Part shown: in pieces, positions 1 through 8,396 of the stretch
Layout: the number at the start of each line of letters is the position of its first letter
How positions within the stretch are numbered: position 1 is the first letter of the stretch
From: Halalkalibacterium halodurans
GTDB lineage: Bacteria > Bacillota > Bacilli > Bacillales > Bacillaceae_D
NCBI RefSeq assembly: GCF_004376175.1
Contig: NZ_SNUY01000069.1
Span: forward strand, 1-20,699
DNA length: 20,699 nt
Reading direction: 5' to 3'
The notes under the pieces: generated by a model
The model's database searches: none
Told to the model about the DNA's origin: nothing
What the model saw: the letters and a program-made list of their open reading frames with translations, nothing else
Program-made: the position numbers and the translations under genes

Positions 1-228
1 TCCGCTCCTCATTCTAGAAAGATGCTTTTCAGAAGAAAATAACCATGATTCTTTCAAAGGGATCGGGAATCTAATCGTTTTTGGCCTAAAACCCTGATTT
101 ATGTTCGAGGTATGAATAATTCAGGTTGGTTACAAAAATGTATTCCAAGATTCTCTCTTTCTACTATACTATTCATTTTATTTTTATCATTCAGAAAGCC
201 ATTCATTTCGTGCTTCATGATACATTTT

Positions 229-271
229 TAACAAAAACAAAAAACGCCCCTTCCATGAGAGAAGGGAACGC
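229..271 (-). terminator. Rho-independent terminator downstream of the GntP permease gene (end of the acid-sugar operon)
   Basis: On the minus strand, GCGTTCCCTTC-tctcatg-GAAGGGGCGT forms a stem of about 9 bp with one bulge. It is followed by TTTTTGTTTTTGTT and sits 9 nt after the TAA stop at 280-282. Confidence 0.6.
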
Positions 272-279
272 TTTCTCTT

Positions 280-1653
280 TTATCCAAAAATGAGATTGGC
301 GATAAGTAAGCAAACGAGTGCCGTTAACCAGCTAAGCGTTGTTGGGACAGACCAAACGAGCATTTGCTCTTTCGGGTCTTTAATCCCAATCGTGCGGTTG
401 ACGACCCAAAACAGACTGTCATTGAAGTAGGAAAACACCATCGCTCCGAGGGCTGCTGCTTGCGCGGCTAGGACAAGATTCACATCCATTCCTGTTAAAA
501 TTGGCGCAGAAATTGACGCAGCTGTTATCATCGCAACTGTTCCGCTCCCTTGAATCAAGCGGACGAGAGAAGCGATCACAAACGGAAGCAAAATCGCAGG
601 AATTCCTGTATCAACCACGAGTTCGGCTATATAATCTCCAGCTCCAGTTTGTCGAAGCACATAACCAAGGGCTCCACCTGCTCCTGTAACTAACAAGATT
701 ATCCCAGCCGTCTGAATCCCTTCTTCCATTCGATCCAGAGCTTCTGAGCGCTTCACGTGGTTAAATAATCCATAGATGGCAAGAAGGACTGCAATCCCAA
801 CAGCAATCACGGGTGAACCGAAAAATTGAATATACTCTACGAGCGTTCCTTCTAATCCGACGGCCGTCACCGTCGTGTTCATGAAAATTAAGAAAATCGG
901 TACGACGATCGGTGCAGCGGAACGAAGCAACGATGGTAGCTCTTTGTTTTCTTTCTCTTCAAGCCAATCTTCGACACTCACCTCATGCTCTGGTCTGATC
1001 CAGCCTAAGCCGTCATCATCGGGAAGCTGATAGATTTTTTTCCCGATCCATTTCGCATATAACACGGTGACAATGATAATCGGAATCCCAAAGATCAATC
1101 CCGATAAGATCATTAAGCCAACGTCCACACCAAAAATTCCTGCAACCCCTAGCGGACCGGGTGTCGGTGGTACCGCATGGTGCATGACGACCGCTCCACC
1201 AGCAAGGGCGATAGCGAGTGTAACAATGGACTTCCCTGTTTTCTTTGATAGCGCTTTCGCTAATGTACTTAATATAATAAAGGCAGAGTCTACGAATATA
1301 GGAATCGATACGATATAGCCCGTAACAGCCATCGCCCACTCCTCTTTACGCTTTCCTAACACTTTGACGACCGTATAAGCTAGTCGTTCGGCCGCACCAG
1401 ATACTTCTAATATTCGTCCCATCATTACACCGAAACCGATGATGATCGCCACAGACCCGAGCGTGCTTCCAAATCCTTCTGTGATGGCGCTTACAACATC
1501 AGGTGGTGCCATCCCGCCGACCAGACCAGTAATTGAAGCCGCGATGATCAGGGCTAAAAAGACATGCACTTTCGTTTTGATAACTAGAAAAATTAAAACC
1601 ATAATGGCAATGACAAGACCTAAAATCATTTGAGCTCCTGAAACTTCCATCAT
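280..1653 (-). CDS. GntP-family (gluconate:H+ symporter type) acid-sugar permease
   Basis: 457-aa polytopic membrane ORF. It shows GntP-like blocks (GSTLGSVAIIIGFGVMMGRIL, HHAVPPTPGPLGVAG) with a central hydrophilic loop. Tandem ATGs at 1653 and 1650 follow GAGGG. It is the last gene of the kinase/PdxA2 operon. Confidence 0.85.
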   Translation of the reverse strand: MMEVSGAQMILGLVIAIMVLIFLVIKTKVHVFLALIIAASITGLVGGMAPPDVVSAITEGFGSTLGSVAIIIGFGVMMGRILEVSGAAERLAYTVVKVLGKRKEEWAMAVTGYIVSIPIFVDSAFIILSTLAKALSKKTGKSIVTLAIALAGGAVVMHHAVPPTPGPLGVAGIFGVDVGLMILSGLIFGIPIIIVTVLYAKWIGKKIYQLPDDDGLGWIRPEHEVSVEDWLEEKENKELPSLLRSAAPIVVPIFLIFMNTTVTAVGLEGTLVEYIQFFGSPVIAVGIAVLLAIYGLFNHVKRSEALDRMEEGIQTAGIILLVTGAGGALGYVLRQTGAGDYIAELVVDTGIPAILLPFVIASLVRLIQGSGTVAMITAASISAPILTGMDVNLVLAAQAAALGAMVFSYFNDSLFWVVNRTIGIKDPKEQMLVWSVPTTLSWLTALVCLLIANLIFG

Positions 1654-1683
1654 TATCCCTCTTTTCCCCCATGTTTATGTTGA

Positions 1684-1714
1684 ACGAAGGCACGCGTTCT
1701 CCGCATGCCTTCGT
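1684..1714 (-). other. Intercistronic stem-loop between pdxA2-like and gntP-like genes, without a U-tract
   Basis: ACGAAGGCA (1684-1692) and TGCCTTCGT (1706-1714) are perfectly complementary over 9 bp. No T-run follows on either strand. Confidence 0.5.
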
Positions 1715-1727
1715 AACAACCAGAACG

Positions 1728-2732
1728 TTATGCTGTTACAAAATGCGGCGCGTATTTAGCCGCCAGTTTGATGCATTCTTCCATGCTGACCGTGCTGGCG
1801 ATTCCTTTACCAGCTATATCAAAGGCTGTTCCGTGATCGACTGATGTACGTAAAAATGGTAGCCCGTTTGTTATCGAAATCGTCCGCTCAAAGTCGGTCA
1901 TTTTTGCCGCAATATGCCCTTGATCATGGTAAAGGGACAACACTGCGTCATAGCGACCGTTAAGTGCATGATGAAACACAGAGTCAGCGGGTACGGGACC
2001 GACTGCGTTGATGCCGTCTTTTTTCGCTAATTCGATTCCCGGTGTAATTTCATCCATTTCCTCACGGCCGAACAAGCCATTTTCCCCACTGTGAGGATTT
2101 AAGCCTGCGACAGCAAAGCGTCTTTCTTTTACACCTAATTTCTCGAGCGCTTTATCACAGCGAAGCAAATAGTCGTGAACCCGCTCTTTCGTCATTTGAT
2201 CAATGGCATCTTTCAGTGACAAATGACGGGTTAAGAAGAAAATCCGCATGCTGTGAACTTCGAACATCGTTAAAGGATCCTCGGTCTTCGTTAGATCAGC
2301 TAGCATTTCCGTATGTCCGATGTACGGGACTTCAGCTGCTTTTAATGATTCCTTGTTAATCGGTGTCGTCGCTAAGGCGTCTACTTTTTTATCGTTTGCT
2401 AATTGAACAGCATGACGAATGTACTCAAATGCGGCCTTGCCACACTGTGCTTGAACAGTTCCCATTTTCACCTCGGCTACATTCAAGTTATCAAGATGAA
2501 TCACATCAATCGTGCCATATTCAAACATCGCCTCATCGACGGTCGTGATCCGGTTAATCGTCAAGTCTGCTTTCATCACAGGGAGCATTTTTTCTAGCAT
2601 ATCTCCGTGGCCGATGACAACAGGGTTCGCTACGTCATAGAGTTCTTTTTTGTTTAATGCCCCGACTGTAATTTCCGGACCGATCCCTGCAGGATCTCCC
2701 ATCGGAATTGCAATAATTGGTTTTTTGTTCAT
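1728..2732 (-). CDS. pdxA2: PdxA-family NAD-dependent 4-phospho-acid-sugar dehydrogenase (decarboxylating), PdxA2 type: 4-phospho-D-threonate or 4-phospho-D-erythronate 3-dehydrogenase
   Basis: PdxA motifs are present: [35 protein letters not shown] and VDHGTAFD. The preferred start is the ATG at 2732 (MNKKP), because AGGAG lies 8 nt upstream and overlaps the kinase stop. The ORF-track start at 2762 has no RBS. Confidence 0.85.
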   Translation of the reverse strand: MNKKPIIAIPMGDPAGIGPEITVGALNKKELYDVANPVVIGHGDMLEKMLPVMKADLTINRITTVDEAMFEYGTIDVIHLDNLNVAEVKMGTVQAQCGKAAFEYIRHAVQLANDKKVDALATTPINKESLKAAEVPYIGHTEMLADLTKTEDPLTMFEVHSMRIFFLTRHLSLKDAIDQMTKERVHDYLLRCDKALEKLGVKERRFAVAGLNPHSGENGLFGREEMDEITPGIELAKKDGINAVGPVPADSVFHHALNGRYDAVLSLYHDQGHIAAKMTDFERTISITNGLPFLRTSVDHGTAFDIAGKGIASTVSMEECIKLAAKYAPHFVTA

Positions 2733-2743
2733 CTCTCTCACTC

Positions 2744-4051
2744 CTATTTCTGTAGTTGACATTTGCTCACATGTGCTAACAAATATTGCACGCAGTCGTA
2801 AATCGATGTTTCATCTCCTACAAGCCCGCCCTTCGTCACAACTGGCAGGCCATCAAAATAACCAGCTACAAACGTTCCAAAGGCAACTAAAGGGAGAACC
2901 TCATCCTGCAACGCAATACCGTTCGCTCGCCCAAGAGCACACATGGAGGCGGTCACATCTCCCCCGCTCGTAAAACAACCAGCAAAGGATAGTTCATCAC
3001 TTGCTAGCACTTGCCGGCTGATCGTCGCCAAACCGTCTGTAATCCGTTTCGCTAATGCATCCTCGCTCGTGTTTTCTTGCTTGGCTTTTTCTTTTAGGTT
3101 CACAAGCTGTTGGCCTGGCTTATACGTTGTGACGATAAGAATTTTTTCTGTTTTTCCCGCTTCCTGGGCCGCTTTTGTCGCCCGTTCCACTTCTTCATCC
3201 CAGGTGCTCGTATAACTGGCTAAAGGCTCTGGGTTAACGTAGATGGGAGAAGCATCGAGCTTGGTAATTAAATAATCAAGCTGCCTACCTGTTAGTGAGG
3301 TAGCGCTTCCTACCGCTACAAGAAGGCGGGCATCCTCCTGTTGCTGCTGGGTAACAGCGCGAACGTACGCCGCAGTAAAAGGGCCAGGACAAGCCGGAAC
3401 GATCGGTTGATCCTTAATCACCGCTACCGCTTTTGCTACATCATCCACTTGCTCGTTCGTCACCGCATCAATGACAATTAGACGCTTCCCTTCGCTAATG
3501 AGCTGCTCTACATGCTGTAAAATGACGTTTCTTCCACTCATCACTTCATGTAATCCAACATAGCCGACAGGGTGTTTCGTCTGCTTGCGTAACAAATCTG
3601 GAACATACGATGTGATAATCGGCGAAACAGGGTCTTTTGATACAAATGTATCTTGAACTGGAACGCCATCAACGAGTAAATAGCCACCTGTGACTGTTCG
3701 GCCTGAGTCAGGAAAGGATGGCATGACAATCGCCACTGACGACTCACCAAGCTCAGCAAGCATCGTATCAAGCTCGACGCCAATATTTCCCCTTAACGTA
3801 CTATCAATCCGTTTCGTAAACATTCGTGCGCCCCATCGCTTCAACTGATTCATCGCATCCGTCACACGCTTTGCCGCAATGGCAGAACGAACGTAACGGC
3901 TATCTGTATCCATTATCAAAGCTTGGTAATTATCCCCGGACGGGACACTCGCGCTGTGCACGACCGTCGCTGCGGGAAATCCTTGCTTTACGAGTCGAAC
4001 GCCTGTCGCATTCGCTCCCGTTAAATCATCTGCAATTACGCCTATTCTCAC
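2744..4051 (-). CDS. DUF1537-family four-carbon acid sugar kinase (DtnK/DenK/OtnK family)
   Basis: The N-terminal [17 protein letters not shown] motif is typical of DUF1537 kinases and the length is 435 aa. The start is GTG with AGGAGG 8 nt upstream. It sits directly upstream of the PdxA2-like gene (11-nt gap), the known kinase plus PdxA2 pairing. Confidence 0.8.
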   Translation of the reverse strand: MRIGVIADDLTGANATGVRLVKQGFPAATVVHSASVPSGDNYQALIMDTDSRYVRSAIAAKRVTDAMNQLKRWGARMFTKRIDSTLRGNIGVELDTMLAELGESSVAIVMPSFPDSGRTVTGGYLLVDGVPVQDTFVSKDPVSPIITSYVPDLLRKQTKHPVGYVGLHEVMSGRNVILQHVEQLISEGKRLIVIDAVTNEQVDDVAKAVAVIKDQPIVPACPGPFTAAYVRAVTQQQQEDARLLVAVGSATSLTGRQLDYLITKLDASPIYVNPEPLASYTSTWDEEVERATKAAQEAGKTEKILIVTTYKPGQQLVNLKEKAKQENTSEDALAKRITDGLATISRQVLASDELSFAGCFTSGGDVTASMCALGRANGIALQDEVLPLVAFGTFVAGYFDGLPVVTKGGLVGDETSIYDCVQYLLAHVSKCQLQK

Positions 4052-4069
4052 AGTTGTGGCCTCCTATCA

Positions 4070-4849
4070 TTAAGCCTGTGCAATCACCATGTTGTCATGA
4101 TAGTTTTCATGCTTAAAGCTAGTAAAAAAATTAGCATCCGTAATGATTCCTTCTAATTTTGTCAGCTGGCAAACATTCGCAAACGCCCGCTTCGAAAATT
4201 TGCTCGAATCACAAATGAGCCATGTCGTCTGCGCAGCTTCCATCATTCGTTTTTTTATCGCTGCTTTCTCCAAGGTTGGAGCTGTTACACCGGCAGCCTC
4301 ATCCACAGCATGGGCACCAAGGAAAAACAGATCTACGTGAAGTTCACGAATCATCCCTTCTGTCTGCGGACCAAACAACGCGCCAACCCCTGACTGCAAT
4401 TCCCCTCCTGTGACAATGCACTTTGGTGAGGCATTCACTAGTTCAGCGGCAATCGTAATGTCATTTGTGACAATCGTTAAATCGTTTCGATCCTTAAGGA
4501 GCTTAATAAGCTCTAAGGTCGTCGTTCCTGAGTCTACTAGAATTGTTGCTCCCTCAGGGACAAGGGTGCACGCTTGCTTTGCAATGAGCTGCTTCTCCAT
4601 TAAATACTCAGTCTGCTTTTGTGCGTAAGGAGTTTCGCCAATAAGTGAACTTGGAGCGACGGCGCCACCATGTGTTCGAATCAGCTTGTTATGTTCTTCT
4701 AAGTGCATCAAATCGCGACGGATGGTCATCGAGGACACGCCAAAATGAGAAGCTAATTCTTCAATGTCCACTTTCCCTTTTGATTCAACGAGCTTTTCGA
4801 TCCATTCCCTCCGAGAGGTCACATTTTTTCCATCCTTTTGAATGTTCAT
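4070..4849 (-). CDS. DeoR-family transcriptional regulator (N-terminal HTH, C-terminal sugar-phosphate-binding domain)
   Basis: It carries the DeoR HTH signature (ELASHFGVSSMTIRRDLMHLEE) and a DeoR_C-like C-terminus. RBS GGAGG lies 9 nt before the ATG. The stop is 18 nt before the kinase start, so this is the first gene of the operon. Confidence 0.85.
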   Translation of the reverse strand: MNIQKDGKNVTSRREWIEKLVESKGKVDIEELASHFGVSSMTIRRDLMHLEEHNKLIRTHGGAVAPSSLIGETPYAQKQTEYLMEKQLIAKQACTLVPEGATILVDSGTTTLELIKLLKDRNDLTIVTNDITIAAELVNASPKCIVTGGELQSGVGALFGPQTEGMIRELHVDLFFLGAHAVDEAAGVTAPTLEKAAIKKRMMEAAQTTWLICDSSKFSKRAFANVCQLTKLEGIITDANFFTSFKHENYHDNMVIAQA

Positions 4850-4920
4850 TTATAACATCCTCCTTTGTTAATTTACAACACATAAACCTAAAGGTCAACA
4901 GTTAAATGTTCATTTCTAAC
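4841..4920 (-). repeat. Two copies of a 16-nt direct repeat (15/16 identical) bracketing the deoR promoter; candidate DeoR operators
   Basis: AATGTTCATTTATAAC (4841-4856) overlaps the deoR start codon. AATGTTCATTTCTAAC (4905-4920) lies just upstream of the -35. The copies are 64 bp apart start to start. Confidence 0.45.
4870..4898 (-). promoter_or_regulatory. Candidate sigma-A promoter of the deoR-kinase-pdxA2-gntP operon
   Basis: On the minus strand, TTGACC (4893-4898) is followed by a 17-nt spacer and then TAAATT (4870-4875). This lies about 20 nt upstream of the deoR RBS. Confidence 0.5.
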
Positions 4921-5027
4921 AAAATAACGATTTATTTTCAGTATTATCACGTTTAATCTTAACATTAATTCGTAGAAATTGTGAAAGATACACAATGAAT
5001 TAACTCCTATATAAAGTAACATTTTCC

Positions 5028-5051
5028 ACTTAATTTACATATACTGGGCTA
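5028..5051 (+). promoter_or_regulatory. Weak SigB-type promoter candidate upstream of the YdaD-like SDR
   Basis: ACTTAA-N12-GGGCTA resembles the SigB consensus GTTTAA-N12-14-GGGTAT and lies 28 nt before the ATG. A sigma-A reading (TTTACA-N17-TAGAAC) is also possible. Confidence 0.25.
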
Positions 5052-5079
5052 CTGTCTAGAACTTGAAAGGTGTGAGAGG

Positions 5080-5979
5080 ATGTATCCGAAACATGAACCG
5101 ATTGACACGCACCAAAAATGTGATGACATTCCTGTTCATTTCCCTCCTCAATCTCAGCCGTGGCACCCAGGACTTGAATATTTAATGGAGCCTAGGCCAA
5201 TCTCAGAAAACCCCCATCGGCCCCACAGTCATAAGCTCCTTGATCGAGTGGCTATTATTACTGGTGGAGATAGTGGGATCGGGCGCGCTGTTGCTTATGC
5301 CTTCGCTAAGGAAGGGGCAGATCTTGTCATCTCGTACTTATCAGAGCACGAGGACGCGATCGAAACAAAAAAACGGGTAGAGGAAATCGGACGAGATTGT
5401 TTGCTCGTGCCTGGTGACCTTCAACATGAACAAATGTCCGTTAAAGTCGTGGAAAAAACGATCGAACGTTTTGGCAAGCTTGATGTACTTGTCAATAATC
5501 ATGCTGTTCAATTTAGACAAACGAGTCTATTGGACATAACAGAAGAGCAGCTTGACATTACATTTCGTACGAATATCTACGCCTATTTTTTTATGACGAA
5601 AGCTGCCCTCCCCCATTTGAAAAAAGGTAGTGCAATTATTAATACAACCTCCGTCACTTCCTATCTTGGTCACTCACAGCTTATCGATTATGCTGCCACA
5701 AAAGGAGCGGTTACGACTTTCACCCGTGCCCTGTCTGGATCTCTAGCCGACCAAGAAATTCGTGTAAACGGCGTCGCCCCAGGACCGATTTGGACACCGC
5801 TCATCCCATCTTCATACCCTGCTCATTCGATTCCTACGTTCGGATCGGACACTCCACTAAGCCGACCGGGGCAGCCGTTTGAAGTTGCACCAAGCTTCGT
5901 CTTTCTTGCATCGGATGACTCTAAATATTTGACAGGACAAATTTTGCATCCAAATGGGGGGCGAGTCACGGGCTCTTAA
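5080..5979 (+). CDS. SDR-family oxidoreductase, YdaD/YhdF/YghA-like (general stress protein 39 type)
   Basis: Motifs seen are PPQSQPWHPGLEYLMEPRP then TGGDSGIGRAV (NAD(P) site), NNHA, the Y-x3-K stretch (IDYAATKGA), and APGPIWTPL...GQPFEVAPSFVFLASDDSKYLTGQ. The protein appears collinear with B. subtilis YdaD as I recall it. Confidence 0.8.
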   Translation: MYPKHEPIDTHQKCDDIPVHFPPQSQPWHPGLEYLMEPRPISENPHRPHSHKLLDRVAIITGGDSGIGRAVAYAFAKEGADLVISYLSEHEDAIETKKRVEEIGRDCLLVPGDLQHEQMSVKVVEKTIERFGKLDVLVNNHAVQFRQTSLLDITEEQLDITFRTNIYAYFFMTKAALPHLKKGSAIINTTSVTSYLGHSQLIDYAATKGAVTTFTRALSGSLADQEIRVNGVAPGPIWTPLIPSSYPAHSIPTFGSDTPLSRPGQPFEVAPSFVFLASDDSKYLTGQILHPNGGRVTGS

Positions 5980-5991
5980 TGGTGGGCAAAA

Positions 5992-6023
5992 AGAAAAAAG
6001 CTGAGCTTAATACTCAGCTTTCT
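5992..6023. terminator. Bidirectional rho-independent terminator shared by the convergent SDR and methionine gamma-lyase genes
   Basis: AAAGCTGAG-cttaata-CTCAGCTTT forms a 9-bp stem. It is flanked by an A-run upstream and T-rich sequence downstream. Confidence 0.7.
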
Positions 6024-6028
6024 GATGT

Positions 6029-7210
6029 CTACAACTGATTTAATGCTTGCTCTAAATCTGCCCACACGTCTTGCCAAGCTTCAAGACCAGCAGACATCCG
6101 TAGCAATTTTTTAGAGATCCCCATTTGGGTCCGTCTTTCTTCAGGAACGACGGCATGTGTCATCGTCGCGGGGTGTTGAATTAATGTTTCCGCATCACCT
6201 AAACTAACGGCAATTCGAATGAGCTTAAGCTGATTAACAACTTTCGCTATGTCTGCCTCTGTTCCTTTTATCTCAAATGAGAGTAGCCCGCCCCCCTTTT
6301 TCATTTGCTTTGCAACGATCGAATGATCAGGGTGCTCAAAATCACCTGGATAGAGAACCGTGCTTACCTTCGGGTGTTCCTTTAGTTTTTCCGCTAGTTT
6401 TTCAGCGTTTTCACAGTGACGATCCATTCGGACCGCTAACGTCTTTAACCCCCGTAGCAATAACCATGCATCAAACGGAGAAATGACGCCACCCATATCT
6501 TTTTGCGTTGTTTTTCGAATCAGTTGAATCGTTTCTTTGTCGCCAATTAATACGCCTGCCACAACGTCGCCATGCCCGCCAATGTATTTCGTTGCACTGT
6601 GGACAACGAAATCACATCCTAATGCGATCGGTTGCTGTAAGTACGGAGTGGCAAATGTATTATCGACAATTACTTTTATCCCTTTTTCTTTTGCTACCCT
6701 CACGACAAGCTCAAGGTCGATTAACTGCATCGTTGGATTGATCGGTGTTTCCACATAAATACACGTCGTGTTATCTTGAATGTTTGCTAAGATTTCCTCA
6801 ACTGAGTCCATTGGCGAAAACGTTGCGTCAATGTTGTATTTTTCTTTCAGCATAGTGAGCAAACCGAACGTACACCCGTACACACCATTTGAGACAAGGA
6901 TATGGTCGTTTGCTTTCGTCAAGCCAACAAGAATGGCAGAGACTGCGGCCATCCCTGAACCGAAGGCCAGGGCAGCTTCTCCTCCTTCTAGCTCTGCTAT
7001 CCGCTGTTCAAGAATCTGAACGGTCGGATTGCCTAACCTTGAATAAACATAGCCAGCTTCCTCCCCAGCAAAACGATTACCTCCTTGCTCCATGGAAGCA
7101 AACGTAAACGTTGAGGTTTGATAAATCGGTGGGGTTAAGCTGTCAAAATGCTCGTTAGGCTTATAGCCTGTATGAATCGCTCTTGTTTCAAAATGTTGAT
7201 CTCGCTTCAA
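6029..7210 (-). CDS. mgl: L-methionine gamma-lyase (PLP-dependent, Cys/Met metabolism family)
   Basis: The protein appears collinear with P. putida MGL as I recall it: FAGEEAGYVYSRLGNPT, the MGL-typical YGCTF Cys motif (GVYGCTFGLL), the PLP lysine motif HSATKYIGGHGD, MDRHCENA, and AVSLGDAETLIQHPATMTH. The start codon is TTG at 7210, with GGAGGG 6 nt upstream. Confidence 0.8.
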   Translation of the reverse strand: MKRDQHFETRAIHTGYKPNEHFDSLTPPIYQTSTFTFASMEQGGNRFAGEEAGYVYSRLGNPTVQILEQRIAELEGGEAALAFGSGMAAVSAILVGLTKANDHILVSNGVYGCTFGLLTMLKEKYNIDATFSPMDSVEEILANIQDNTTCIYVETPINPTMQLIDLELVVRVAKEKGIKVIVDNTFATPYLQQPIALGCDFVVHSATKYIGGHGDVVAGVLIGDKETIQLIRKTTQKDMGGVISPFDAWLLLRGLKTLAVRMDRHCENAEKLAEKLKEHPKVSTVLYPGDFEHPDHSIVAKQMKKGGGLLSFEIKGTEADIAKVVNQLKLIRIAVSLGDAETLIQHPATMTHAVVPEERRTQMGISKKLLRMSAGLEAWQDVWADLEQALNQL

Positions 7211-7261
7211 CGTGCTCCCTCCTTCTGTATCTACTTCTAGAATACATGTTATTTCAGAAAA

Positions 7262-7276
7262 ATGTAAGCGTTTTCT
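7262..7276. promoter_or_regulatory. cre-like (CcpA) site in the mgl upstream region
   Basis: ATGTAAGCGTTTTCT fits every defined position of WTGNAANCGNWNNCW. The left half TGTAAGCG is ideal and the right half is degenerate. It lies 52-66 nt upstream of the mgl start. Confidence 0.3.
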
Positions 7277-7500
7277 AAAAATGTCGTTACATCTTTTTTT
7301 AAAAATCTTTGCTCTGATCTGAGAATATAACTTTCACAGTTAAATAGTCTGAAAAATCCGATAAATAAAGCATCTAGACTTTTTCAAAGGACAAATGTCT
7401 TCTTCTATTAAGTGAATACCGAGTAAAGGAAGCGGCTCACTAGATATCGAAACGGATTTAATAGTTTTTAAAAATAGTATTATTTCATCATTTTACGCAG

Positions 7501-7537
7501 AAAAACGAGCAGCTTATCTTAAGGCTGCTCGTTTTTT
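7501..7537 (-). terminator. Rho-independent terminator of the thioesterase gene (bidirectional in form)
   Basis: CGAGCAGC (7506-7513) pairs with GCTGCTCG (7524-7531), and A/T runs extend the stem on both sides. The thioesterase stop codon lies in the loop. Confidence 0.7.
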
Positions 7538-7987
7538 CCGGTTTTCTTTTCGTGCAGGCGCGGTTTCGTATAACCGTTTTTCCTCTTCGGTCTGAGGCTC
7601 GACCTGGGGAACTGGTTTTGGTTTACCTGATTCGTCAACGGCGACCATCGTTAGAAACGACTCGGTTGTTAACGTCCGTTCTCCTGTCAATAAGTTGTTC
7701 GAATGAACCCTCACATATACTTCCATCGACGTTCTTCCTGTATGTGTGACAAACCCTTCAAGTTCAAGGGCATCACCAACAGTAGCCGACGACTTAAAGT
7801 CAACAGAATCGATTGAAGCAGTAACCACCGCAGAATTAGCATGCTTCATCGCTGTTAAAGCAGCTATTTCATCGATATATGCGAGAACTTTCCCACCAAA
7901 AATCGTCCCTAGATGATTCGTATCTGGTGGTAATACGAGCCTCGTTTGTATCGTTCTTGATCGTTCAACCGGATAAGATTGAATCAT
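7514..7987 (-). CDS. Hotdog-fold acyl-CoA thioesterase (YkhA/BFIT-like)
   Basis: Motifs seen are TRLVLPPDTNHLGTIFGGKVLAYIDEIAA and VVTASIDSVDF. The preferred start is the ATG at 7987 (MIQSYP), with GGGCGGAG 6 nt upstream. The ORF-track start at 8035 is a TTG without an RBS. Confidence 0.8.
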   Translation of the reverse strand: MIQSYPVERSRTIQTRLVLPPDTNHLGTIFGGKVLAYIDEIAALTAMKHANSAVVTASIDSVDFKSSATVGDALELEGFVTHTGRTSMEVYVRVHSNNLLTGERTLTTESFLTMVAVDESGKPKPVPQVEPQTEEEKRLYETAPARKENRKKRAALR

Positions 7988-8072
7988 GGATGTCTCCGCC
8001 CTTTCAATGTCATTTGAAAACTCGGCTTGTCGCAAGTCATCTAGCGAAAGCCGTTGCTTAGACTAACTTCTT

Positions 8073-8113
8073 AAAGCAAAACAAACCCTCTTTTCAAAGG
8101 AAAGAGAGTTTGT
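8073..8113 (-). terminator. Intrinsic terminator forming the expression platform of the cobalamin riboswitch
   Basis: On the minus strand, ACAAACTCTCTTT-cctttga-AAAGAGGGTTTGT forms a 13-bp stem with one G-U pair, followed by TTTTGCTTT. It lies 66 nt after the aptamer and 85 nt before the thioesterase ATG. Confidence 0.7.
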
Positions 8114-8179
8114 GATAGCATACGAATCCAACGATTAAAAACAATATGTAGAACAGCTATCACTCCTCCCTATGACGCG

Positions 8180-8356
8180 TAGGTGCAAGTGCATACATTA
8201 GGCAGGTCTCCTGACTTAAGATCAACACTCCATGTGTACCTTCCCATCCTTTGGACAGTGGTTTCTTCACATGTAGCTCCTTATTACAGTGGCGCGACCG
8301 TGCTGGACTTTCACCAGCTTCCCTTTTCAGATTCAACCGATTGTTTGAACCACCTA
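8180..8356 (-). promoter_or_regulatory. Cobalamin (AdoCbl-type) riboswitch aptamer
   Basis: The minus strand reads AAAAGGGAAGCTGGTGAAAGTCCAGCACGGTCGCGCCACTGTAA (8327-8284), then CCACTGTCC...GGATGGGAAGG, then the B12 box AAGTCAGGAGACCTGCC (8217-8201). P1 closes with TAGGTG (8356-8351) pairing with CACCTA (8185-8180). Confidence 0.9.
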
Positions 8357-8396
8357 ATGCTTGAGCGTGCTTATTAAATTATGCCCCAACGTTTTT

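Noticed and set aside
93-125. Imperfect 10-bp inverted repeat (CCTGATTTAT...ATAATTCAGG) in the leftmost intergenic region, plus GAGGAG at 5-10 (minus strand) suggesting a gene start just outside the window
   Set aside because: The putative target gene lies beyond position 1, so no function can be assigned. One mismatch and the AT-rich context make chance occurrence plausible.
2733-2762. N-terminal extensions in the ORF track: PdxA2 from 2762, thioesterase from the TTG at 8035, response regulator from the GTG at 14698, SBP from the TTG at 10961
   Set aside because: Internal ATGs with properly spaced GGAGG-like RBSs (2732, 7987, 14683, 10946) fit better, and they match the usual N-termini of these families.
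7211-7500. Expected SAM (S-box) or T-box leader upstream of the methionine gamma-lyase gene
   Set aside because: Neither strand shows the conserved S-box core or a T-box/specifier structure. The region is simply AT-rich.
8183-8377. 64-aa plus-strand ORF in the ROK-thioesterase intergenic region
   Set aside because: It lies antisense to, and entirely within, the cobalamin riboswitch, whose conserved RNA motifs explain the sequence. It has no RBS and no recognisable protein features.
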